This document shows, one piece after another, positions 1 to 9,894 of a stretch of 64,000 nucleotides of DNA. The notes beneath the pieces are model-generated. The model had not been told where the DNA came from and did no database searches. It was given only the letters and a program-made list of their open reading frames with translations. Numbering within the stretch: position 1 is the stretch's first letter; each line of letters starts with the position of its first letter. The position numbers were made by a program, and so were the translations under genes. This DNA is from Heptranchias perlo (taxonomy: Eukaryota). The DNA lies in contig NC_090349.1 in the NCBI RefSeq assembly GCF_035084215.1, positions 24,614,001 to 24,678,000 of the forward strand, written 5' to 3'.

Positions 1-136
1 GTCTGACCTGGTCAAACTACATATTCTACTTCCACTTCTATGTCTGTAGGGACAACTACTAAGAGGTCTCCCTCTTTCATCTCTAATTGTAAACAATTTT
101 ACAACACCAAGTTATAGTCCAGCAATTTTATTTTAA

Positions 137-177
137 ATTCACAAGCTTTCGGAGATTTTCTCCTTCCTCAGGCAAAT
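137..177 (-). ncRNA. Minimal type I hammerhead ribozyme (inverted copy in Penelope arm)
   Basis: Reverse complement of 3393-3433. Confidence 0.7.
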
Positions 178-427
178 GTTTCAAGATCTCCTTGAAGCCT
201 ACGCATTTATACATATTGAACAATAAAACATGGTGTTTACAGACTGCCCCTGCAACTGCCCGTTGCCAAGGCAATCACCGTGTTCAGACAGAGAGGTGTT
301 ACCTGCAGAACCTCCGAATACACATTCAACAAAAAAACAAACAGGGAAAAAAAACAGAGAAAAGAAAAACACAGAGAGAGGCAGAAACATCCGGAAGGCA
401 GAGAGAGCCAGCAAATGACCCATTATA

Positions 428-1645
428 TTAAAAACAGATAACATTTGTTCGCTGGTGGGGTAACGTGTAGCGTGACATGAACCCAAGATCCCGGTTGAGG
501 CCGTCCTCATGGGTGCGGAACTTGGCTATCAATTTCTGCTCGACAATTTTGCGTTGTCGTGTGTCTCGAAGGCCGCCTTGGAGTACGCTTACCCGAAGGT
601 CGGTGGATGAATGTCCATGACTGCTGAAGTGTTCCCCGACTGGGAGGGAACCCTCCTGTTTGGCGATTGTTGCGCGGTGTCCGTTCATCCGTTGTCGCAG
701 CGTCTGCATGGTCTCGCCAATGTACCATGCTCTGGGGCATCCTTTCCTGCAACGTATGAGGTAGACAACGTTGGCTGAGTCACAGGAGTATGAACCATGC
801 ACCTGGTGGGTGGTGTCATCTCGTGTGATGGTGGTATCTGTGTCGATGATCTGGCATGTCTTGCAGAGGTTACCGTGGCAGGGTTGTGTGGCGTCGTGGA
901 CGCTGTTCTCTTGAAAGCTAGGTAGTTTGCTGCGAACGATGGTCTGTTTGAGGTTGGGTGGCTGTTTAAAGGCGAGTAGTGGAGGTGTGGGGATGGCCAT
1001 AGCGAGGTGTTTGTCCTCATTGATGACATGTTGAAGGCTGCGGAGAACATGGCGTAGTTTCTCCGCTCCGGGGAAGTACTGGACGACAAAGGGTACTCTG
1101 TTGGTTGCGTCCCGTGTTAGTCTCCTGAGGAGGTCTATGCGATTTTTTGCTGTGGCCCGTCGGAACTGTCGATCGATGAGTCGAGCGTCATATCCCGTTC
1201 TTACTAGGGCGTCTTTCAGCGTCTGTAGGTGTCCATCGCGTTCCTCCTCGTCTGAGCAGACCCTGTGTATTCGCAGGGCCTGTCCATAGGGGATGGCCTC
1301 TTTGACGTGGTTAGGGTGGAAGCTGGAAAAGTGGAGCATCGTGAGGTTGTCCGTGGGCTTGCGGTAGAGTGAGGTGCTGAGGTGCCCGTCTTTGATGGAG
1401 ATTCGTGTGTCCAAGAAAGAAACTGATTCTGAGGAGTAGTCCATGGTGAGCTTGATGGTGGGATGGAACTTGTTGATGTTATCGTGTAGTCTCTTTAGTG
1501 ATTCCTTGCCGTGGGTCCATAGAAAGAAAATGTCGTCGATGTATCTGGTGTATAGTGTTGGTTGGAGGTCTTGTGCAGTGAAGAAGTCCTGCTCGAACTT
1601 GTGCATGAAAATGTTGGCGTATTGGGGTGCGAATTTGGTCCCCAT
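428..1645 (-). CDS. Penelope RT (C-terminal part) plus GIY-YIG endonuclease, inverted-arm copy, 5'-truncated
   Basis: GTKFAPQYANIFM, YTRYIDDIF, LYRKPT, CxxC linker, VVYLIRC...YIGET...R...E...GLN; identical to the last 405 aa of 1742-3142. Confidence 0.9.
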   Translation of the reverse strand: MGTKFAPQYANIFMHKFEQDFFTAQDLQPTLYTRYIDDIFFLWTHGKESLKRLHDNINKFHPTIKLTMDYSSESVSFLDTRISIKDGHLSTSLYRKPTDNLTMLHFSSFHPNHVKEAIPYGQALRIHRVCSDEEERDGHLQTLKDALVRTGYDARLIDRQFRRATAKNRIDLLRRLTRDATNRVPFVVQYFPGAEKLRHVLRSLQHVINEDKHLAMAIPTPPLLAFKQPPNLKQTIVRSKLPSFQENSVHDATQPCHGNLCKTCQIIDTDTTITRDDTTHQVHGSYSCDSANVVYLIRCRKGCPRAWYIGETMQTLRQRMNGHRATIAKQEGSLPVGEHFSSHGHSSTDLRVSVLQGGLRDTRQRKIVEQKLIAKFRTHEDGLNRDLGFMSRYTLPHQRTNVICF

Positions 1646-1741
1646 GGCTGTTCCGTGTGTTTGGGTAAAGAACTGGTTATCGAAGGTGAAGACATTGTGA
1701 TCCAGGATGAAGCGGATGAGTTGTAGGATGGCTTCCGGAGA

Positions 1742-3142
1742 TTGGCTGTCTCGGCACTATACACCAGTATCCCCCACGATGACGGCATCGCTGCGACAGC
1801 ATCAATACTCAACACCAACAACAGCCAATCTCCGGAAGCCATCCTACAACTCATCCGCTTCATCCTGGATCACAATGTCTTCACCTTCGATAACCAGTTC
1901 TTTACCCAAACACACGGAACAGCCATGGGGACCAAATTCGCACCCCAATACGCCAACATTTTCATGCACAAGTTCGAGCAGGACTTCTTCACTGCACAAG
2001 ACCTCCAACCAACACTATACACCAGATACATCGACGACATTTTCTTTCTATGGACCCACGGCAAGGAATCACTAAAGAGACTACACGATAACATCAACAA
2101 GTTCCATCCCACCATCAAGCTCACCATGGACTACTCCTCAGAATCAGTTTCTTTCTTGGACACACGAATCTCCATCAAAGACGGGCACCTCAGCACCTCA
2201 CTCTACCGCAAGCCCACGGACAACCTCACGATGCTCCACTTTTCCAGCTTCCACCCTAACCACGTCAAAGAGGCCATCCCCTATGGACAGGCCCTGCGAA
2301 TACACAGGGTCTGCTCAGACGAGGAGGAACGCGATGGACACCTACAGACGCTGAAAGACGCCCTAGTAAGAACGGGATATGACGCTCGACTCATCGATCG
2401 ACAGTTCCGACGGGCCACAGCAAAAAATCGCATAGACCTCCTCAGGAGACTAACACGGGACGCAACCAACAGAGTACCCTTTGTCGTCCAGTACTTCCCC
2501 GGAGCGGAGAAACTACGCCATGTTCTCCGCAGCCTTCAACATGTCATCAATGAGGACAAACACCTCGCTATGGCCATCCCCACACCTCCACTACTCGCCT
2601 TTAAACAGCCACCCAACCTCAAACAGACCATCGTTCGCAGCAAACTACCTAGCTTTCAAGAGAACAGCGTCCACGACGCCACACAACCCTGCCACGGTAA
2701 CCTCTGCAAGACATGCCAGATCATCGACACAGATACCACCATCACACGAGATGACACCACCCACCAGGTGCATGGTTCATACTCCTGTGACTCAGCCAAC
2801 GTTGTCTACCTCATACGTTGCAGGAAAGGATGCCCCAGAGCATGGTACATTGGCGAGACCATGCAGACGCTGCGACAACGGATGAACGGACACCGCGCAA
2901 CAATCGCCAAACAGGAGGGTTCCCTCCCAGTCGGGGAACACTTCAGCAGTCATGGACATTCATCCACCGACCTTCGGGTAAGCGTACTCCAAGGCGGCCT
3001 TCGAGACACACGACAACGCAAAATTGTCGAGCAGAAATTGATAGCCAAGTTCCGCACCCATGAGGACGGCCTCAACCGGGATCTTGGGTTCATGTCACGC
3101 TACACGTTACCCCACCAGCGAACAAATGTTATCTGTTTTTAA
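1742..3142 (+). CDS. Penelope reverse transcriptase plus GIY-YIG endonuclease, 5'-truncated (the first codons are created by the inversion junction)
   Basis: 466-aa uninterrupted frame: VSALYTSIP, GTAMGTKFAPQYANIFM, RYIDD, PCHGNLCKTC, VVYLIRC/WYIGET (GIY-YIG), terminal GLN. Confidence 0.93.
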   Translation: MAVSALYTSIPHDDGIAATASILNTNNSQSPEAILQLIRFILDHNVFTFDNQFFTQTHGTAMGTKFAPQYANIFMHKFEQDFFTAQDLQPTLYTRYIDDIFFLWTHGKESLKRLHDNINKFHPTIKLTMDYSSESVSFLDTRISIKDGHLSTSLYRKPTDNLTMLHFSSFHPNHVKEAIPYGQALRIHRVCSDEEERDGHLQTLKDALVRTGYDARLIDRQFRRATAKNRIDLLRRLTRDATNRVPFVVQYFPGAEKLRHVLRSLQHVINEDKHLAMAIPTPPLLAFKQPPNLKQTIVRSKLPSFQENSVHDATQPCHGNLCKTCQIIDTDTTITRDDTTHQVHGSYSCDSANVVYLIRCRKGCPRAWYIGETMQTLRQRMNGHRATIAKQEGSLPVGEHFSSHGHSSTDLRVSVLQGGLRDTRQRKIVEQKLIAKFRTHEDGLNRDLGFMSRYTLPHQRTNVICF

Positions 3143-3392
3143 TATAATGGGTCATTTGCTGGCTCTCTCTGCCTTCCGGATGTTTCTGCCTCTCTCTGTG
3201 TTTTTCTTTTCTCTGTTTTTTTTCCCTGTTTGTTTTTTTGTTGAATGTGTATTCGGAGGTTCTGCAGGTAACACCTCTCTGTCTGAACACGGTGATTGCC
3301 TTGGCAACGGGCAGTTGCAGGGGCAGTCTGTAAACACCATGTTTTATTGTTCAATATGTATAAATGCGTAGGCTTCAAGGAGATCTTGAAAC

Positions 3393-3433
3393 ATTTGCCT
3401 GAGGAAGGAGAAAATCTCCGAAAGCTTGTGAAT
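3393..3433 (+). ncRNA. Minimal type I hammerhead ribozyme in Penelope pLTR
   Basis: ATTTGC-CTGAGGA-A-GGAG(AAAAT)CTCC-GAAA-GC-TT-GTGAAT: core CUGANGA...GAAA, 4-bp stem II, palindromic AAGCTT stem III, stem I ATTTGC/GTGAAT with G-U pairs. Confidence 0.72.
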
Positions 3434-4061
3434 TTAAAATAAAATTGCTGGACTATAACTTGGTGTTGTAAAATTGTTTACAATTGTCAACCCCAGTCCA
3501 TCACCGGCATCTCCACATCTTTCATCTCTAGTTCGCGATCGTTTTCTGAGGTGAGATTCACTTCCGGACTCCCTACCACTACTTGTACTCCACTTTCGTA
3601 CTCTCCACTCTTTTACCCCATTCTGCCAGCCCATGAACCTCGCTTCATGGCCATCATCCTGATCATTCAACCAAAATTTAAACCTACCAGTAGCTTTGCC
3701 AGCACTTCACAAAATTGTTGCGTCCCTCCATTCCTTAATCCCTTCTGGAACATATGTCACCTGTGTACCCACTTGGGGTAATTGTTCTGTGGATGTGATA
3801 GCTGTGTCATGTGTTTTTTGATCACTGACATTACCCACTGTGCAGCCCTTGATCTACCTCAGTCTGTACATCGGGAACCTCATCAGAAAAATCATAAACA
3901 TCTGAGGCACAAGGTGCCTCGTTTACTTCCATCAACTGCTCAGAGTCCGAGATTTTATAATTAATTCCAATTAATCGTGAGGAATGAACTTTAACAGTTT
4001 GATTGTCATGTTGAACAATTACTGTCTTAGCATCACAACCTATTACCTTACTAGGGTCTTT

Positions 4062-6159
4062 CTATTCCCTATGGCCCTCTCTTTTGTAGTATACCAAATC
4101 TCCTGAATTGAACTCTGTCTCAGATGGTCTAATACGATGCCTCAGTGCTCGACAAATTTCCTCTGATACCTCTGACTTGATAAAAGCCTGTCTCCCTGCA
4201 TGCATAGCATTTAAATGCTCAGAAAAAATGGCACTAATTGTAGTACCTTCTAGAGCAGGAGGATTATCACAAAGAACACAAGGTAATTTGGGATTGCGCC
4301 CATAGACTAGTTGGTAAGCATTATATCCTTCAACCATCTGAAGAGAATTCTTTGCATGAACTGACCATGCGAGGGCAGTTGACAATTTACACATTGTGCG
4401 ATCAGTCAAAATTTTATGCATAATGTTATCAATCACAGCATGATTCCTTTCACAAAGACCATTGCTAAAAGGGCTGTCAGCTGCTGTATTCAAAACTTTG
4501 CTGGTGTCCCAAGTCCAGTCCCTATCCATTTTTCCATAATTTTATCTAGAATAACCTTTTTCTCCTTATTATACATTAGTGTAGAAATATTAAATTTTGT
4601 CACCAGGTCAATAAAATGTAAGATGAAAACATTTTTGTCTTTGTCCCATACCTTTAGATCCATGGCAACTACTCTTATCCTTATCGCCTGATGCCATTAA
4701 TACTTGCCCAACACGATGATGGGAAACTTCAGATTTTATTAAGGGGCTGCAATAATGTCCTGACTGGGTAAACTGCAAATCAACTGGTTTCCCAAAAATG
4801 ATAGCCTCATCGTGTTCCATGTCAAGTTTCATTTTTGCCTTTTTCATGGAAGGTTTACCCAAAAGCATTGGTATCGCACTGGAGACTACATCCATACTTA
4901 TAAAATGGCTTACTCCAGCTATCTTACATGGAATTACCACTCTCTTGAGTGACTTCAAGGTGTTGTCGTCTCCAAACGTAAAACATGTAGAACTTTTATA
5001 TTCCTTAACCTTGCATTGATCCTCACTCCTTAGTGAATCAAGATAACATTTTTAACCAATCTACCCCACATACAGTTGAAGTACATGTACTATCTAACAC
5101 CGCACAATTAAAGGAATCCACGACTAATACATTCATCACAGGATTAGAACTTCTTGTGACCAGTATAATCTGTTCAGATTCATCATTATCTTCAAACTCT
5201 TCCTCATTTTCTTTATCCTCTTCCTCAGAACTACTTTCTTCATGCATCATTTCAAAGACACTGTGTCTCGATCTGGGCAATTCGCCTCATAATGGTACTT
5301 AGAGTCACATCTAAAGCATCTATTAATTTTTTCTCGGGCATTCCTGGGATTCTTTTGCCCATTATTACTGTACCAATTTTGTGTTCTGTTGATATAACTT
5401 CATTTGCTCTATCAGCTTTCATCACCAATCTGGCTGTCTTTAAACCTTCCATCAGATCGACGGAAAATTTTGAAACCTGGTCTGGCGTCTGCGTTTAGTA
5501 TCTGGAACATTTCAAAACCTGGTAACCATCAAATCTTCCATTCTTTGTGTCACAGCGGAAGATCCCATTTGTTCCATGGAGGCTAACAGGAATGAATGCT
5601 GCCCCAGGAATTTTTTTAAGGCAGCAGACATTTGATCCAACGGAGTCTCCTTTTCTGAGAACTGGACGCCAGTTAGAACCAGTTGCCTGTCCATATAAGA
5701 CACCTTAGCACAATCTAGTAATTTAAATGCTAGTATCGATCCAGGAATTCCCAAATGGATCTTTGTCAACCTTTTCTACAATTTGTTAAAGTCCATGATA
5801 TACACTTCCATTAAATGACCGTCTGTTTTCCGAAATCTATCAAATACTGACCAGGCTTCAGAGGCACTTAACAGGTCATCTTTCTTGTAGATTTGATCCA
5901 GAAATTCTATTAGAAAGGTAAAACCTTCATCATTTTCCAAAAGATCTGCATCCAGCTCAGAAAATACTTTACTTCTGATTTTACTTTGTTCAAGAAGCGA
6001 CAACGCCAAGGCCATGCCTTGTTTTCTCTTTGGCGGGGTAGTAACCCTTGCCCACATATCAACCTCATTCTTCCACTGGTCACATGGTTCAAACTCTGAG
6101 AACGTCGGAGGGAAATCGTACCTCAACGGTTTAAACATGCTTTCTGCCATTTTCCACAA
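4062..6159 (-). pseudogene. Copia gag-protease-integrase remnants (frameshifted)
   Basis: ORF fragments 5776-6159 and 5512-5769 (gag), 5038-5280 and 4608-4958 (protease region), 4062-4529 (integrase). Confidence 0.85.
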
Positions 6160-6230
6160 TGGCCACTAGACTTTCAAGTTTTGTTTTAAGTCCAATAAAA
6201 AAATCGTAGTTTCCAATCCCACCTTTAGGC

Positions 6231-6248
6231 AACCATCCTCTGCTACCA
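6231..6248 (-). other. Primer binding site complementary to the 3' end of initiator tRNA-Met
   Basis: + strand AACCATCCTCTGCTACCA equals the last 18 nt of vertebrate tRNA-iMet including CCA; it abuts the LTR. Confidence 0.93.
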
Positions 6249-6462
6249 TGTTATAAATTAGATAGCTAGGCGGTGATGAATTAAATACTAGAGCCTAATC
6301 TTCAGTTGCTTCCATGCCTTTATTCACGGAGCTCCACATTACACCCACACTACACCCTAGATCAACGTTCTTATAAATGGATACGAGAGAGTTCCAAATT
6401 AATACGCACAACCTGAATACAATTAACACTAATTTATATAAATCACATGGATACAATTAACA
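6249..6462 (-). repeat. Copia 5' LTR (214 bp)
   Basis: TGTTA...TAACA termini; homologous to the LTRs at 20258, 31772 and 45039; followed by TSD TCCTG at 6463-6467. Confidence 0.9.
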
Positions 6463-6553
6463 TCCTGCACTTTGGGACTGGGCCCTTCACCTGGTGCCTT
6501 GCACTGTGGGACTGGGCCCTTCACCTGGTGCCCTGCACTGTGGGACTGGGCCT
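6463..6553. repeat. 34-bp minisatellite, about 2.7 copies (CCCTGCACTGTGGGACTGGGCCCTTCACCTGGTG)
   Basis: Direct reading; the copia element inserted at its edge. Confidence 0.85.
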
Positions 6554-7807
6554 ATGAACACGACAATGGCGTAAACCACGATGAAGTCTCTGCTTACAGC
6601 TCTGACAGCTTCCATCGCAACTAACACTGCTGACAGGGAAGCTCAGATGGCTGCTATCTTTGCTCTGGGGGCCAGTGCTGTCATGGGCTTCTAGAGCGTC
6701 ACATCACTCCTGCACTCTGTTATGGAGCATGTAGCAGACGACCACAAATCTGGGTACACTCTCAGGGCTGTAGTGTAAGGTGTTTGAGTCAAACTTATGT
6801 AGCATTTCTCATTATAATGCTTGATTTTAACCCCATCACCCGATGAGATCGGCTCACGTGAGGGGGTTACAATCGCAGCAGCGTGCAACTCACCGACTTC
6901 CTGTCGACCTCGTGCCCCGTGCCATTTTAACTGGCGCATTTTATGCAGCATGTGAGGCCCTCACACCAGGCAGGGTACTTGCGCTTGTAATTGCCAGCTC
7001 GCCCACTGGGGGTGGCTCCTGACATTTAAAGACAGCCTGTACCTCTTAAAGGGGAAGTGCCCTTGGTGACACACTGTGCTGTTGCTGAATGAAAAATGTC
7101 CAAAGTTTGCCTAATAGCATAGATAGAGGCTTCAGTACCGTAACAGCCCTCCTGCAGTCTGCTCCCGCAAATCAGTGTGCACGCAGAGGCGCAGCCCCAT
7201 ACGAGTGGCTATGACACCAGAGGAGAGGAATATTCTGTCCTCTCTTGGCAATGACAGCATGCCAATTCACCCGCTAACCCCTGAACCAATGTCCATCCTG
7301 GTGCCAGGAAGCCAGCTGCGCCAGACTATCCCGGCAGTAGCCGAGAGGCTGCAATTTGCAGCCAGGCCTTCTCAGGTATGAGCTGCTTGAGGTCGCTGAC
7401 CGTGGCCATCTTGAGCGCCCACGTTGGAAGCACTGCAGCCTTCCACCTCCCACACTGCAGCCACTGGGGTAGCACCTCGTAAGAGCACCAGAATAGATAG
7501 GGGAGCATTAAAGTCAGGCACTGGGGGCTTGACCAGGGAGATCCTTGGGGCTCGATGTTAGCAGGGCTGCGGGTTCGCGGCGGGGGGGCTATCGGGCGCG
7601 TGGGTAACGCGCCCGGTGAAATGAGTCAGCCACCCGCGCGATCGCAGCCCAATTAGATCCACTTACCTGGTCTTCAGGGTTCCCCACTGCTGATCTGTGC
7701 GTCGAGCGGGCTGCGCATGCGCAGTAAGATCTGTCAGCTGGAGGAGCTCTGTTAAAAGGGGCAGTCCTCCACTGACAGATGCTGCAACAAATAGAAAAAA
7801 TTACAGC

Positions 7808-8052
7808 ATGGAGCAGCCCAGGGGGAAGGCTGCTCCCAGTTTAATGATGCCTCACTCCAGGTATCAATACATGGGTTGAGGAGGAGGGGGAGGACAGAGA
7901 TCTTCCCCCCGGCAGGCGGGAGGAAGCGGCCTGCCTCTGCCACCAGGAAGGCCTGGCTCGAGGTGGCAGAGGAGGTCACCTGCACCACCAACATATCGCC
8001 CACCTGCATACAATGCAGGAGGCGCTCCAATGACCTCAGTAGGTCAGCCAAA
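7808..8052 (+). pseudogene. PIF/Harbinger Myb/SANT-like DNA-binding protein, exon 1 remnant
   Basis: RRRGRTEIFPPAGGRKRPASATRKAWLEVAEEVTCTTNISPTCIQCRRRSNDLSRSAK followed by a GTGAGT donor. Confidence 0.75.
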
Positions 8053-8571
8053 GTGAGTACACTTATTCATTCCCCTACACTCCATCTGCCACATCACCGC
8101 CCCCACCCCACATCTCCTTCAGCACTGCCAACACTACTCTGTCACATCACCCCTCATACCCACTCAAACCTCATCCTCATCTTACCTGCACTTACTCACC
8201 TCGCCAGTACTCATCCCGCCACTACCACTCAACCCAATCCTCATACAATCTCATGGCTCTATCTCATACTCACCCTCTCGTGCATCTCTTTCACGGTCAG
8301 CCTCACCGAACCTGTGCTGCAGCCACAGAGCACGCATCACATATGTGCAGTAGGCAGCGTAAGGCAAACGTGTCGTGAGCATGAAGGGGATGCACAAGGG
8401 TGTTTGAGGGTTTGTCATGGTTGTTACTTATATTGAATTTCTGACCAACTCACATTACATATTATATTGGCACCACTACTGCCATGTATTTGCGAATCTT
8501 GTCTGGTTTGTGCAATAATGCCCTTTCCTGAGGATCACTATGAAGACCCACAACGGATGCCACCCATTGTG

Positions 8572-9056
8572 TCACTGCAGAGTGGGTGTAGGTGTATTTG
8601 CAGGGCTCTTTTGTGCAGACGGCTGAGAGACGTCGGCGATGTCCCCGGTGGCACCCTGGAAGGATGCGGAGGAGAAGTTGTTGAGGGAGTGGTGACTTTG
8701 ACAGCGACAGGTAAGAAGATGATGCTCGGGCCAGCCAGGAGCAGCTTGGCATGAAGGAGGCTGCAGATGTCCACGACTACATGTCGAGTGACTCTGAGCC
8801 TCCGTGTGCACTGCTGCTCAGAGAGGTCCAGGAAGCTGAGCCTCGGTCTGTGGACCCTGTGGCGAGGGTAGTGCCCTCTGCGATGCATCTCTCGCTGTGG
8901 TATCCTTCCCTCCTGCTGTACAGGTGGATGTGTCACAGCACTCTGTTGTGGAGCTCCACGTGTCAGAGGTGGACGGCGTGGATGGCGAGGCTGGTGAGGC
9001 TGGTAATGCTGTTCGCCCTCCAAGGAGGTCATGACTGCAGCTACGGCGGCCCCCAT
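8572..9056 (-). pseudogene. PIF/Harbinger (HARBI1-like) transposase, N-terminal remnant
   Basis: YPRHRVHRPRLSFLDLSEQQCTRRLR...LPVAVKVTT, frameshift, then LNNFSSASFQGATGDIADVSQ; convergent with the Myb gene. Confidence 0.8.
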
Positions 9057-9894
9057 CCGGAAGATGTACATCTGAGGGGGTCTGCAAGGTAGGTACATGT
9101 CTCTGGACCCCGGGGTAAGTGTGCAAGTTGGTGACTTTGATTATCAGGAGGAGGGTGGTGGAGGCCAAACTTTGTCCCAGGTGACAGAGTGGCCTCCTGC
9201 AATGAGTGAGGGTCTCCCCCCACACCTGTCAAATGGACCTTTGCAGCTGCCACAGGCATCGCACTGCAAGGTGCATGGCCAAGTGCCCCCTCCACCCCCT
9301 GGAGATTGTCCTGTATTTCCACGTACTTACTGCCCTGCAAAACACCAGCACTATGAATGTGGCAGTGGTGAGTCCGTTTGGTACCTCTCAGGTCGAAGAG
9401 ATCATGCAGCTGAAAGGTCACACAGGCGTGCGATTCTTCAACACTGTTTTGGCTGGGAGTCATTTCCGCTACTTTGAAGCTGCAGTATCTGAGCATTTAA
9501 TGGTACTTTGTGAAGCTTGCTGAGAGTTTAAAGGGACCCCTGCATAGTGAAATAGTGGATTTCTCCCTGGGGATTCCATTCTTCCTGTACTTTGACGAGG
9601 ACAATTGTTGAGACATGGATGAGGACAAAGGAAACACTGTGAAGACTGATAGGGTTGAATAACCACACAATTAAAGGGAAGTCGACACTGATATAAATTA
9701 TAGAAAGTTCCTCGGAACAAACAAGTTGAGACATATCCTTGCCTAGTAATTGACTTCCTATTGTGTAGATGCAAATGGTGTCACTCGAGGCCACATCTAA
9801 TCTCGTTAACTCTTGAATTACTTTGGGAGCTTTTGACCTTGTTACTTGATAAACAACCAACAAAGACAGTCAATCTAGGGAAAGATAACAAGTA

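Larger units (their letters stand above)
85..3485. repeat. Inverted repeat: arms 85-1749 and 1821-3485 (1665 bp each), 71-bp spacer
   Basis: Mirror ORFs have identical translations and coordinates summing to 3570 (428/3142, 192/3378, 685/2885). Confidence 0.95.
86..3517 (+). mobile_element. Penelope-like retroelement (Poseidon-type), 5'-truncated, with a long inverted 5' arm and a 3' tail
   Basis: RT plus GIY-YIG ORF; 13-bp TSD TCTTTCATCTCTA at 73-85 and 3518-3530. The empty site is visible in paralogous copia copies (e.g. ~21795-21815). Confidence 0.95.
1..6462 (-). mobile_element. Degenerate Ty1/copia LTR retrotransposon (GalEa-like), segment A copy; 3' part runs off the window; interrupted by a Penelope element at 86-3517
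   Basis: Gag-like N-terminus (YDFPPTFSEFEPCDQWKNEVDMW...KQGMALALSL), protease AVLDSTCTSTVCG, integrase core (SPFSNGLCERNHAVI), PBS 6231-6248 and LTR 6249-6462. The PR-INT-RT-RH order is seen in the paralogous copies. Confidence 0.88.

Noticed and set aside
85-3485. Palindrome as a long-read fold-back artefact
   Set aside because: It has a 13-bp TSD, an asymmetric tail, a 71-bp spacer and collinear copia flanks, and two other insertions share the geometry.
6231-6248. tRNA-Met gene
   Set aside because: Only the 3' 18 nt including CCA are present, adjacent to an LTR; this is a primer binding site.
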